From assembly GCA_017621815.1 (NCBI GenBank), contig JAGASK010000006.1:4085-68084 (forward strand): a stretch of 64,000 bases of DNA, in the 5' to 3' direction. Position numbers and translations under genes: made by a program. The notes below the pieces were generated by a model, which made no database searches, was not told the DNA's origin, and was given only the letters and a program-made list of their open reading frames with translations. This DNA comes from Lachnospiraceae bacterium. Lineage in GTDB: Bacteria; Bacillota; Clostridia; Lachnospirales; Lachnospiraceae. Below, piece after piece: positions 10,274 to 19,979 of this stretch (position 1 is the stretch's first letter; every line of letters starts with the position of its first letter).

Positions 10274-10924
10274 GTGGAACGTTTATATTGTATTATAATC
10301 GGTTATGTATTCGGACTGTTTCAGACAGCATTTATTTACGGAAAGATGCACGGTATTGACATCAGGGAACATGGCAGCGGAAATGCCGGAACCACCAATA
10401 CCCTGCGTGTACTGGGAACCAAAGCCGGTCTTATTGTACTTGCAGGAGATATTATTAAAACGATTCTTGCTATTGTAATCTGCGGTGCATTGTTTGGTAA
10501 AGCACATCCTGAGGAACTTTATCTTCTGAAGCTGTATGCGGCAGCCGGAGCCATATTGGGACATAATTTCCCTTTTTATCTTAAATTCAGGGGAGGAAAA
10601 GGAATTGCCGCTACGGCAGGACTTGTATTGTCTTTTCATCCCACATTTATTCCGGTAGGCGTAATTTTGTTCTTCGGAGCGTTTCTGATTACCCATTATG
10701 TTTCATTAGGATCCCTTCTGGTTTATTTGGGAATTATAATTCAGATGATAATTTCAGGTCAGATGGGTCTTTTTCATACCAGCCAGGCAATTCTGAATGA
10801 AATGTACATAATTACTGCATTTCTGATGATTATGGCTTATTATAAACACAGGGAAAACATAAAGCGTCTAATTAAGGGAGAAGAGAGAAAAACATATCTG
10901 TTTAAGAAAAATAATGAAAAATAG
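10274..10924 (+). CDS. plsY: glycerol-3-phosphate acyltransferase PlsY
   Basis: GTG start. Motifs SGNAGTTN and GHNFPFYLKFRGGKGIA, a polytopic membrane profile, and the conserved der-plsY-gpsA order. Confidence 0.9.
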   Translation: MERLYCIIIGYVFGLFQTAFIYGKMHGIDIREHGSGNAGTTNTLRVLGTKAGLIVLAGDIIKTILAIVICGALFGKAHPEELYLLKLYAAAGAILGHNFPFYLKFRGGKGIAATAGLVLSFHPTFIPVGVILFFGAFLITHYVSLGSLLVYLGIIIQMIISGQMGLFHTSQAILNEMYIITAFLMIMAYYKHRENIKRLIKGEERKTYLFKKNNEK

Positions 10925-10962
10925 ATAAAAACGGGAGCAGTATCAGAAAGGGGTACTTTGAA

Positions 10963-12000
10963 ATGGCAGAAATAGGTATTATAGGAGCTGGAAGCTGGGG
11001 AACGGCACTTTCCCTTCTTCTTTATAAAAACGGAAATCATGTAACAGTATGGTCTGTTATGGAAGACGAAATTGAAATGCTGAAAAAAGAGCATGAGCAG
11101 AAAGATAAGCTGCCGGGAGTAAAACTGCCGGAGGACATGATTTTCACAACAGATTTGGAAATGGCTGTTAAAGGCAAGGATGTACTTGTGCTGGCAGTTC
11201 CGTCGCCGTATACCAGAAGCACTTCGGCGAAGATGGCTCCTTATGTGGCTGAAGACCAGAAGATCATCAATGTGGCAAAAGGAATTGAGGAAGCTACCCT
11301 GATGACGCTTTCCGAAATTATAGAAGAGGAAATTCCACAGGCTGATGTTGCAGTGCTTTCGGGGCCTTCCCATGCTGAAGAAGTCGGAAGAGGACTTCCT
11401 ACCACCATTGTAGTTGGCTCCAAAAAGAAAGAAACTGCCGAATATCTGCAGAATTTATTTATGAATGAAGTATTCCGCGTGTATACAAGCTCTGATGTGC
11501 TTGGGATAGAGTTGGGAGCTGCACTTAAAAATGTAGTGGCGCTGGCCGCAGGTATTGCAGACGGGCTCGGCTATGGTGATAATACAAAGGCTGCTTTGAT
11601 TACCAGGGGTATTGCAGAAATAGCAAGGCTGGGAATCAGCATGGGCGGCAGAATCGAAACTTTTTACGGGCTGACAGGAATCGGAGATTTGATCGTTACC
11701 TGCGCGTCCATGCATTCCCGAAACCGCCGCGCGGGCATATTGATTGGTAAGGGAGCCACCATGGAGGAAGCCATGAAAGAAGTCAAAATGGTGGTTGAAG
11801 GTGTGTATTCCGCAAAGGCAGGCTATGAGCTTTCTAAAAAGTATAATGTCAGCATGCCTATTGTTGAGCAGGTAAATAAGGTTCTGTTTGAAGGAGCAAG
11901 TGCCGATACGGCGGTAAAAGAACTTATGCTTCGGGACAAGAAGGTGGAAAATATAGATTTGCGGAATCTTTATCAGAACAGCGTGGAGATTCCCTGGTAA
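10963..12000 (+). CDS. gpsA: NAD(P)H-dependent glycerol-3-phosphate dehydrogenase
   Basis: GAGSWGTALS Rossmann motif, GPSHAEEV, ALKNVVALAAGI and SRNRRAG. Confidence 0.95.
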   Translation: MAEIGIIGAGSWGTALSLLLYKNGNHVTVWSVMEDEIEMLKKEHEQKDKLPGVKLPEDMIFTTDLEMAVKGKDVLVLAVPSPYTRSTSAKMAPYVAEDQKIINVAKGIEEATLMTLSEIIEEEIPQADVAVLSGPSHAEEVGRGLPTTIVVGSKKKETAEYLQNLFMNEVFRVYTSSDVLGIELGAALKNVVALAAGIADGLGYGDNTKAALITRGIAEIARLGISMGGRIETFYGLTGIGDLIVTCASMHSRNRRAGILIGKGATMEEAMKEVKMVVEGVYSAKAGYELSKKYNVSMPIVEQVNKVLFEGASADTAVKELMLRDKKVENIDLRNLYQNSVEIPW

Positions 12001-12024
12001 AGAGCTGTTAACTTGGGGGATATT

Positions 12025-12948
12025 ATGGGTGATAATAAAAATGATGATTTCTGGAAGTCAGGAAATGATGATTTCTGGAACAAACCGGTAGCGGATAAAG
12101 ACTGGCTAAATGAAGATGAGAACAGTTTCTTTCATTCGGACAGCAGACAGAACGGTAATAACGAAAATCCTTATTTGTATCAGGAACAGCTGAAGACGCA
12201 GAAACAGACGGACTATTCTGGGCTGTCCGGTGAGATGTATACACAGACACAGTCCACATGGGCAACTAAGCAGCATCAAAAAGAAAAGAATAAGAAAAAA
12301 GACGGTGGGAAGCAGGTACATATTCATACGATTATCTGTCTGGTTTTCATTTTCCTGGCGGTAATCAGCGCTGTGGGAGCAGCGTCTGCAATCAAAATAC
12401 TTAAAAATCAGGCTGCGGAACTTGCAAAAAAGCTTGATTATGAGGAAATTGAAGTAGGAGACAGCTTTCAGTATAATGATAATAATAAGGCTTATCTGGA
12501 AGATGCTGCCTATACAATCGTTACGGAGGAAGATTTTAAAGGATTCCCCAAAGGAATGAAACTGATTGCCGTTTATGTCAAAGTGGAAAGTGATGAATAT
12601 GTCAGGGACGGATATGCCTTTAAGAATTGTTATGCAGGATTTGAGGAAGAGGGAAATGTGGTTTATAAAAAACCGGCAGGCGAGTCGCTGGTATATTCTT
12701 ATATTCTTGGACTGGGTTTTGATAAGGAACAGATTTTAAGTACATACGGAATCGGAAACGGATTCAACAGTACGGGATATTTTTTCTTCTTTGTCCCGGA
12801 GGAAGTGGATGAAATTACACTTTACATGGAAAAAAGGGAGGAAAATAAAAAGATTTCGATGCTGGAAAAGGTATATATGAAGAATATGATTGTACTTCCT
12901 GAAGAAGGAATGGTAACGGAAATGCTTGTTGAAAGGAAGGGGCGGTAA
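12025..12948 (+). CDS. single-pass membrane protein with DUF4352-like extracytoplasmic domain
   Basis: Low-complexity N-terminus (repeated DDFW), one TM segment (IICLVFIFLAVISAVGAASAI) and a beta-rich C-terminal domain. TTG at 12013 is an alternative start. Confidence 0.5.
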   Translation: MGDNKNDDFWKSGNDDFWNKPVADKDWLNEDENSFFHSDSRQNGNNENPYLYQEQLKTQKQTDYSGLSGEMYTQTQSTWATKQHQKEKNKKKDGGKQVHIHTIICLVFIFLAVISAVGAASAIKILKNQAAELAKKLDYEEIEVGDSFQYNDNNKAYLEDAAYTIVTEEDFKGFPKGMKLIAVYVKVESDEYVRDGYAFKNCYAGFEEEGNVVYKKPAGESLVYSYILGLGFDKEQILSTYGIGNGFNSTGYFFFFVPEEVDEITLYMEKREENKKISMLEKVYMKNMIVLPEEGMVTEMLVERKGR

Positions 12949-12949
12949 A

Positions 12950-13441
12950 ATGAACCATGTGATTAAAACAATTATTACCGTACTGGTAGCAGTGGGATGC
13001 AGCTTTGTATGTCTTCTGTCAGTGGGAGTTTTCCTTTCGGAAACAGATTTCCTGAAGTATGATGTTGAAAGAATGGCAGATCCTGTGATAACAGATGCAG
13101 AGATTCAGTATCTGGGTGAAAGCTACGAAGGAAAACAGGAAGAGGGCTCCGCTTATTATCTTCTGACAGTCACACTTGATAATCAATATAATTATGGAAG
13201 AGAAGAATCCGGTATCTATTTGGGATATGATTCTTATTTCGGAAATCAGGAAATCTATATGGTCAGAGATGTAAGCGATTACAGCCTTTTGGATTCACTG
13301 AATGAGGGATATTATTATCCGGCGGGAAAATCTTCCGTGTACCGCAGGATACTCTGTATTGAAAACGGTTGTCAGGAGTTTGATATTGTGTACAGCAATT
13401 ATTATACAAAGGAAGAACAGAGGATACATGTTAATTTATGA
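12950..13441 (+). CDS. membrane-anchored hypothetical protein
   Basis: ATG at 12950 preceded by GGAAGGGG. N-terminal TM/signal anchor IITVLVAVGCSFVCLLSVGVF. No recognisable catalytic motif. Confidence 0.45.
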   Translation: MNHVIKTIITVLVAVGCSFVCLLSVGVFLSETDFLKYDVERMADPVITDAEIQYLGESYEGKQEEGSAYYLLTVTLDNQYNYGREESGIYLGYDSYFGNQEIYMVRDVSDYSLLDSLNEGYYYPAGKSSVYRRILCIENGCQEFDIVYSNYYTKEEQRIHVNL

Positions 13442-13494
13442 AAAAAGGATTGCAGAACATGCAATCTATTGTATATGACAGAAAGGAGCAGATT

Positions 13495-14307
13495 ATGCAG
13501 CAGGAATTTAGCAGTACTAAGGAATATGTGGCATCTGAGCAGCTTATGGCAAGCGTGAATGTGGCAATTGCCCTGAAAAAGCCGCTTTTAATCAAGGGGG
13601 AGCCCGGAACAGGCAAAACAATGCTTGCTCAGGCGGTAGCGGGGTCCCTTGGTAAAAAACTGATTATATGGAATATAAAGTCTACCACTAAGGCACAGGA
13701 CGGACTTTATATGTACGATACGATTCAAAGACTCTATGACGGACAGTTCGGAGAAGAGGGCGTAGACGATATTTCAAGATACATTAAGCTCGGAAAGCTT
13801 GGGGAAGCCTTTGAATCGGAGGAGCAGGTAATTCTTCTGATTGATGAAATTGACAAGGCGGATCTGGAGTTCCCCAATGACCTTTTATGGGAGCTTGACC
13901 AGATGGAATTTTACATTCATGAAACCAAAAGAACGGTAAAGGCGAAACAGCGTCCTATTGTAATTATTACCTCCAATGCGGAAAAGGAGCTTCCGGATGC
14001 TTTCCTGCGAAGATGTATTTTCCACTATATTGACTTCCCGGATGAAGCTTTGATGGAAGAAATCGTAAGAACACATTATCCGGATGTGGAAGCAAATCTT
14101 CTGAAAAATGCAATGGATGTATTTTATCAGATTCGTTCTTTAAAGGATATCCGGAAAAAGCCAAGTACTTCCGAACTGATTGACTGGATCAATGCCCTTC
14201 AGATTGGCGGAATTTCTGCGGACAGAATCAGGAGCGAGCTTCCCTTTGTGGGTGTAATTGTGAAAAAAGATGAGGATCTGGAAGGACTTGCGCAGAGAAT
14301 TAATTAA
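13495..14307 (+). CDS. MoxR-class AAA+ ATPase (CoxD/AAA_5-like)
   Basis: Walker A GEPGTGKTM and Walker B LLIDEIDKA, with ITSNAEKELPDAFLRRC (sensor / Arg finger region). ATG at 13495 has the better RBS (AAAGGAG); the ORF is open from 13438. Confidence 0.85.
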   Translation: MQQEFSSTKEYVASEQLMASVNVAIALKKPLLIKGEPGTGKTMLAQAVAGSLGKKLIIWNIKSTTKAQDGLYMYDTIQRLYDGQFGEEGVDDISRYIKLGKLGEAFESEEQVILLIDEIDKADLEFPNDLLWELDQMEFYIHETKRTVKAKQRPIVIITSNAEKELPDAFLRRCIFHYIDFPDEALMEEIVRTHYPDVEANLLKNAMDVFYQIRSLKDIRKKPSTSELIDWINALQIGGISADRIRSELPFVGVIVKKDEDLEGLAQRIN

Positions 14308-14336
14308 AGACGCTGACAGGAAAGGCGGAGAAAAGG

Positions 14337-15545
14337 ATGTTTACCAATTTCTTTTATACCTGTAAGGCAAAAGGACTTCATGTTACTTTAAGCGAGTGGC
14401 TTACTTTGCAGGAAGCCCTTGATAAAGGGCTTGCCGGAAGCAGCCTTACGGAGTTTTATTATTTAGCCAGAATGATTCTTGTAAAAAGCGAAACGGATTT
14501 TGATAAATTTGACATGGCCTTTGAAGAGGTTTTTAAAGGTGTTCAGTCCGAAAATGAGATTTCCAAAAACATGTTGAGATGGCTGGATAAATCTGAACTG
14601 ATTGACATGGTGGATGAAGAGGACAGGTTCAGAATGAATGAGCAGGACGGTCTTTTTCATGACCTTGACAAAGATGAGGTAGAAGCTAAATTCAAGGAAC
14701 GTTTAAGAGACCAGGACAGCGAGCACAATGGAGGAAGCTTCTGGATTGGAAGCATGGGAAAAACTTCCTTCGGAAATGCCGGAGGCAATATGGGCGGAAT
14801 CCGTGTAGGCGGCACTACTGGCTATCAAAGCGCCTTTCAGGTAATCGGTGCAAGAAAATACCGGGATTTCCGTGATGACAGAGTGCTTGAAAACAGGCAG
14901 TTTCAGCTGGCGCTCCGGAAGCTGCGGCAGTTTTCAACAAAACTGGATATTCCGAAGACGGAGCTGGATATTGACGGTACTGTGGACAAAACCTGTAATA
15001 ACGGAGGATGCCTTCAGATTGTAATGGAACGCCCCAGAAAAAATGCGGTAAAGCTGCTGCTTTTGATGGATTCAGGCGGAACCATGATTCCTTACAGCTC
15101 GCTTTTAAATGATTTGTTTCAGTCTGTTCATAAATCCAATCATTATAAGGATGTAAAGGTATATTATTTTCATAACTGTATTTATTCCAAACTGTATAAA
15201 ACACCGGAATGTGAAAACGGTGAGTGGATTGATACGGAATGGATGTTCCGGAATCTGGACAGCGACTACAAGGTAATTATAGTGGGGGATGCAGCTATGG
15301 CGCCTGAAGAGCTTTACTCCACTACAGGAAATTACAGAGGTCCTAACGGCGGGCTTTCCGGCTATGAGTGGCTGCAGCTTTTAAAGCGGCATTATAAGAA
15401 AATCGTATGGCTGAATCCCAAAATGGCGCCGGGACATGCTCCCTGGAGGGAAGCGGAAACGGCTGTAAAGGCCATGTTCCCCATGTACAAGCTGACAGTG
15501 GACGGACTGAATCAGGCAATGATGAAGCTGATCAGCAATAAATAG
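14337..15545 (+). CDS. VWA-domain protein, CoxE-like partner of the MoxR ATPase
   Basis: 402 aa, immediately downstream of the AAA+ gene. It has a C-terminal VWA-like core (LLLLMDSGGTM ... IIVGDAAM). The family assignment (PF05762-like) is from memory of the CoxD/CoxE pairing. Confidence 0.7.
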   Translation: MFTNFFYTCKAKGLHVTLSEWLTLQEALDKGLAGSSLTEFYYLARMILVKSETDFDKFDMAFEEVFKGVQSENEISKNMLRWLDKSELIDMVDEEDRFRMNEQDGLFHDLDKDEVEAKFKERLRDQDSEHNGGSFWIGSMGKTSFGNAGGNMGGIRVGGTTGYQSAFQVIGARKYRDFRDDRVLENRQFQLALRKLRQFSTKLDIPKTELDIDGTVDKTCNNGGCLQIVMERPRKNAVKLLLLMDSGGTMIPYSSLLNDLFQSVHKSNHYKDVKVYYFHNCIYSKLYKTPECENGEWIDTEWMFRNLDSDYKVIIVGDAAMAPEELYSTTGNYRGPNGGLSGYEWLQLLKRHYKKIVWLNPKMAPGHAPWREAETAVKAMFPMYKLTVDGLNQAMMKLISNK

Positions 15546-15612
15546 ATGATATATCTTATTGGACATTAATAGTTCAATAATCATGAAATAAAAAGAAAAA
15601 GAGGAAAGAAAA

Positions 15613-16836
15613 ATGACGATTTTTGATGAATTGAAGGCAAGGGGACTGCTTGCCCAATTAACGGATGAGGAAGAAATCAAGGAGCTGATTAATAACGGAA
15701 AGGCAACCTTTTACATCGGTTTTGACCCTACCGCTGATTCCCTTCATGTAGGCCATTTTATGGCTCTTTGTCTGATGAAGAGACTGCAGATGGCAGGAAA
15801 TAAGCCCATTGCCTTAATCGGCGGCGGAACAGGAATGATTGGAGACCCTTCGGGCAGAAGCGATATGCGTACCATGATGACGGTGGAAACTATCCAGCAT
15901 AACTGCGACTGCTTTAAAAAGCAGATGAGCCGTTTTATTGACTTTTCAGAAGGCAAGGCGCTTATGGTAAACAATGCCGAATGGCTGATGGATTTAAATT
16001 ATATTGAATTTTTAAGAGAAGTGGGACCTCATTTTTCCGTTAATAATATGCTGAGGGCAGAGTGCTATAAGCAGAGAATGGAAAAGGGGTTAAGCTTTCT
16101 TGAGTTTAACTACATGATTATGCAAAGCTATGACTTTTATGAATTGTTCCAAAAATACGGCTGCAATATGCAGTTCGGCGGGGATGACCAGTGGAGCAAT
16201 ATGCTTGGCGGCACAGAGCTCATCAGGCGTAAGCTTGGCAAGGATGCATATGCCATGACTATTACCCTTCTTCTTAATTCGGAAGGAAAGAAAATGGGAA
16301 AGACGCAAAAAGGAGCGGTATGGCTTGACCCCAATAAGACTTCACCTTTTGAGTTTTATCAGTACTGGAGAAATGTGGCAGATGCGGATGTATTAAAATG
16401 TCTGCGTATGCTGACTTTCCTTCCCCTGGAGCAGATTGATGAGATGGATAAGTGGGAAGGCAGCCAGTTAAATCAGGCAAAAGAAATTCTGGCTTATGAA
16501 TTGACAAATCTGGTTCATGGCGAGGAAGAAGCAAAAAAGGCAAAGGAAAGCGCAAGGGCGCTGTTCAGTGCGGGAGTTGCGGCAGATATGCCTACCTCAG
16601 AGCTTACAGAAGAGGACTTTACGGACGGAAGTATTGACATGATAAGCGTACTTTGCAAAGCAGGACTTGTGGCATCACGTTCCGAAGGAAGACGTGCCAT
16701 CGAGCAGGGAGGAGTTACTCTTGGCAGTGATAAGGTAACAGATGTAAAGGCGGCTTTTAGTAAAGATGTTTTTGCAGGAGAAGGTGTAGTCGTAAAACGC
16801 GGTAAGAAAAATTTCCGCAAGGTGATTTTAAAATAG
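15613..16836 (+). CDS. tyrS: tyrosine--tRNA ligase
   Basis: HVGH (HIGH) motif, KMGKT (KMSKS) motif and a C-terminal S4 domain. Confidence 0.95.
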   Translation: MTIFDELKARGLLAQLTDEEEIKELINNGKATFYIGFDPTADSLHVGHFMALCLMKRLQMAGNKPIALIGGGTGMIGDPSGRSDMRTMMTVETIQHNCDCFKKQMSRFIDFSEGKALMVNNAEWLMDLNYIEFLREVGPHFSVNNMLRAECYKQRMEKGLSFLEFNYMIMQSYDFYELFQKYGCNMQFGGDDQWSNMLGGTELIRRKLGKDAYAMTITLLLNSEGKKMGKTQKGAVWLDPNKTSPFEFYQYWRNVADADVLKCLRMLTFLPLEQIDEMDKWEGSQLNQAKEILAYELTNLVHGEEEAKKAKESARALFSAGVAADMPTSELTEEDFTDGSIDMISVLCKAGLVASRSEGRRAIEQGGVTLGSDKVTDVKAAFSKDVFAGEGVVVKRGKKNFRKVILK

Positions 16837-16849
16837 GAGTCTGAATTTT

Positions 16850-19201
16850 ATGAAGCAGACAGCATACGAATATAAAAATCTTCCCATACCGGGAGGCGGT
16901 TATGTGACAGGTTTTTTGTTCCATCCGGAAATGAAAAACTTACTCTATATCAGAACGGATATCGGCGGCAGTTACCGGTTTGATTATACTCAGGGAGAAT
17001 GGATAAGCCTGGCCGAGTCGGTGGATATGTTTGACTTAAGCGAGACCTTCCCGATAGCCCTTTGTGTTGACAGAAATAAGCCGGAGAGACTGTTAATTGC
17101 CAGCGGCATCAATACGGAAGGACATGAGGAACAGAAGGGAAAGTTCAGCATATCCGAGGATTTCGGAAAAACCTTTTCCCACAGGGAACTGCCCTGTTAT
17201 GTACATGGAAATATGAATGGCAGAGGCACAGGTTTAAGGCTTGTGACGGATCCGGCAAAGGAAAACGGAATTTATTTTGCAAGCCAGAAGGATGGACTGC
17301 TTTATTCAGGGGATTTGGGAGATACATGGCACAGGCTTCCTACAGGGGAAGAAACTTATATGACTTTTGTATGGGCTTCGCCCGACGGTAAAACCGTAGT
17401 GGCGGGAACGGCAGGTGTTGTTACCGGAACGGAAAAGATGCGTGGGCACAGCCTGTATGTATCTTATGACAGCGGCTCGAACTTTGCTCCCCTTATGATG
17501 CCGGAAAGTATCATGGTGGAAGGCTCCAAATGGAGCGGATATGTGGCTCATCGTTATGATTACGACGGTACTTATCTGTATGTTACCCTGGTAAATACAG
17601 GAGCCCATTCTTATGTAACGGAAACAGGTTACAGCTGTGACTCCGGCGACATGCTTGGCGGAAGAATCATCCGGTATTCCTTTGATAAGAACGGTGTGAT
17701 AAAAGAATATAAAGATATTACGCCCACCTGTCTTTATGGAGAACAAGGGGCTTATGAAGCTGTCGGGGACAGCATATATCCTTTTGGTTTCGGAGGAATC
17801 AGCAGCTGTAAGGCAATGCCCGGATTACTGGCAGCCAGTACTATCTGCCGTGATGAAGGAGATATGATTTTCATTTCCCGTGATTTCGGAGACAGCTGGG
17901 AGCCGGCTCTCTTTGACCTGACGCTGGGAAATCTGCATTTTGAAAGTTCCTATATGAAACCGGAATATAACGGCGGGCATAGTCTGATTCACTGGCTCAG
18001 CGATATTAAAATTAATCCTTTCTGTCCGGATGAAGTCTGGTTTAACAGCGGAACCGGCGTTTTCAGGGGAGAGAATTTTACGAAGGACGCAAGAAGCTTT
18101 CAGGATTGCTGCAGGGGAATTGAAGAAACAGTGCACCTTAATATTTACAGTCCTGTGTCAGGTCCGGTAAAGGCTCTTGATATTGTAGGGGATTTGGGCG
18201 GTTTTGCATTTACTGATTTGGATAAACCCTGTGAGAACTCCTTTGCAGATGCAGAAGGCAACAGATATATTACCTGCATTAATGCGGATTTTTCCGATAT
18301 ACATCCTGAAACAGTGATAGTGACACCCAGGGGAAACTGGAAAGGAAAGACAAAAGGCGGTTTGATTTTGTCGGATGATTACGGGCTTACTTTTGAAAGG
18401 ATTCCGCTTCCTTATGGCATTTCCGATTATCTGGATGAAAGGTTCAGACAAATTGAATGTCCTAATGTAAATGCGGGCTGGGCAGCGCTTTCCAGCGATG
18501 CCGGAACTATTGTATATTGTGTAGCGGAAAATATTGACCTTTTTATGAAGGGAATTATAGTCAGCAATGATAAGGGAAAAAGCTTTAAGAAGGCAGCCGT
18601 TTATAATCTTGACGGAGAAGATATCTCTTATTCCGACCTGCACATGAAGGTATATTCCGACAGAGTAAATCCCGCAGTCTTTTACGGATTTGGTGATGAT
18701 TTTGTCATTTATATCAGTACTGATTCAGGAAACAGCTTTTATCAGGCAAAAACGGAGGGACTTCCTTCGGCACAGATGGTATTCGGACTGATTGACTGTG
18801 CCAATAAAACAGAAATACGGGGAGAAGCAGGCAAGGAAGGCATCTTTTATGCTGCAGTCAGTTGTTTGGGCTTGTGGAAGCTGAAAATGGATTATGAAAG
18901 AAGAACAGTAAAAGGCGAAAGACTGACCAAAGACGGAGAAATGGCATTCAGAATGGGACTTGGACTTCTTTCACCCGGCAGCAATTATATGAAAGATAAT
19001 AAAGCAATCTATATCTGCGGGCTGATTCAGGGGCAATATGGTTTCTTCCGTTCCTTTGATGATGGAGCAACATGGGAAAAGATTAATAATGATGCCCAGA
19101 AATTCGGAGATATCAACAGTATTGACGGTGACAGCCGTAAGGCAGGAAGATTTTTTATTGCAACAGGCTCTTTCGGATTAAAATACGGAGAACCTATTTG
19201 A
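16850..19201 (+). CDS. GH74-like BNR/Asp-box repeat glycoside hydrolase (xyloglucanase-type), no signal peptide seen
   Basis: The N-terminus YKNLPIPGGGYVTGFLFHP...YIRTDIGGSYRF is typical of GH74. Multiple Asp-box motifs are present (SEDFGKTF, SGDLGDTW, SRDFGDSW, SDDYGLTF, SNDKGKSF, STDSGNSF, SFDDGATW). Confidence 0.75.
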   Translation: MKQTAYEYKNLPIPGGGYVTGFLFHPEMKNLLYIRTDIGGSYRFDYTQGEWISLAESVDMFDLSETFPIALCVDRNKPERLLIASGINTEGHEEQKGKFSISEDFGKTFSHRELPCYVHGNMNGRGTGLRLVTDPAKENGIYFASQKDGLLYSGDLGDTWHRLPTGEETYMTFVWASPDGKTVVAGTAGVVTGTEKMRGHSLYVSYDSGSNFAPLMMPESIMVEGSKWSGYVAHRYDYDGTYLYVTLVNTGAHSYVTETGYSCDSGDMLGGRIIRYSFDKNGVIKEYKDITPTCLYGEQGAYEAVGDSIYPFGFGGISSCKAMPGLLAASTICRDEGDMIFISRDFGDSWEPALFDLTLGNLHFESSYMKPEYNGGHSLIHWLSDIKINPFCPDEVWFNSGTGVFRGENFTKDARSFQDCCRGIEETVHLNIYSPVSGPVKALDIVGDLGGFAFTDLDKPCENSFADAEGNRYITCINADFSDIHPETVIVTPRGNWKGKTKGGLILSDDYGLTFERIPLPYGISDYLDERFRQIECPNVNAGWAALSSDAGTIVYCVAENIDLFMKGIIVSNDKGKSFKKAAVYNLDGEDISYSDLHMKVYSDRVNPAVFYGFGDDFVIYISTDSGNSFYQAKTEGLPSAQMVFGLIDCANKTEIRGEAGKEGIFYAAVSCLGLWKLKMDYERRTVKGERLTKDGEMAFRMGLGLLSPGSNYMKDNKAIYICGLIQGQYGFFRSFDDGATWEKINNDAQKFGDINSIDGDSRKAGRFFIATGSFGLKYGEPI

Positions 19202-19208
19202 GGTAAGC

Positions 19209-19898
19209 ATGCAGTATCAATTAATAAAAAGTAAAAGAAAAACAATTGCCATCTCTTTTGACCGGGATGGCAATCTTGTGGTAAAAGCGCCTTATTTTAC
19301 CAGAAAATATGAAATTGAAGCCTTTCTTTTGGAAAAATCGGAATGGATTGAATCCACCCGGATCAGATTAATGCGGGCTGAGGAAGAGGAAAAGGCGCTG
19401 CGTTTAAAACTCGAAAACGGGGATGAACTTTACTATCTCGGAGAAAAGAGGATTCTCACCGTAGTCAGGGAGGAACGCAAAAGAGCAAAAATAAATTGTG
19501 TTCTGGACAGGCTGCTTTTATATGTACCTTATGAAGCGGATTATGCGTATAAGAAAGAGCAGCTGGAGAAGTGGTACAGGAAGGAAGCAGCGGAAGTTCT
19601 GGCAGATAAAGCGAATGCTTTTGCAGGCAGAATCGGAGTTCGTTTTGAGGATATCCGCATAAAAGACCAGAAAAGCAGATGGGGAAGCTGCAGCAGCAAA
19701 GGAAATCTGAATTTCAACTGGAGAATTATCATGGCACCTGAGCCGGTATGTGATTATGTGGTAATTCATGAACTTTGCCATTTGGTGTATATGAATCATT
19801 CGGAGGATTTTTGGAGACTTGTTTTTGCATACTGTCCGGAATATAAGCAATGCAAAAAATGGCTGAAGGAAAATGGTAAGCGATTATATCTTTTTTAG
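19209..19898 (+). CDS. YgjP-like (DUF45) M48-type zinc metallopeptidase
   Basis: Motifs SRWGSCS and HELCHLVYMNHSEDFW (HExxH). Confidence 0.85.
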   Translation: MQYQLIKSKRKTIAISFDRDGNLVVKAPYFTRKYEIEAFLLEKSEWIESTRIRLMRAEEEEKALRLKLENGDELYYLGEKRILTVVREERKRAKINCVLDRLLLYVPYEADYAYKKEQLEKWYRKEAAEVLADKANAFAGRIGVRFEDIRIKDQKSRWGSCSSKGNLNFNWRIIMAPEPVCDYVVIHELCHLVYMNHSEDFWRLVFAYCPEYKQCKKWLKENGKRLYLF

Positions 19899-19979
19899 CT
19901 TGCAATATTACAGGAAATAGCATAGGATAAAAGTACCGAAAAAAATGCAATTTAAGTACATGAAGAAAGGCGCTGAATT

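Noticed and set aside
15546-15612. T-box leader expected upstream of tyrS.
   Set aside because: The intergenic region is only 67 nt and AT-rich, with no specifier-loop or T-box sequence and no terminator/antiterminator pair.
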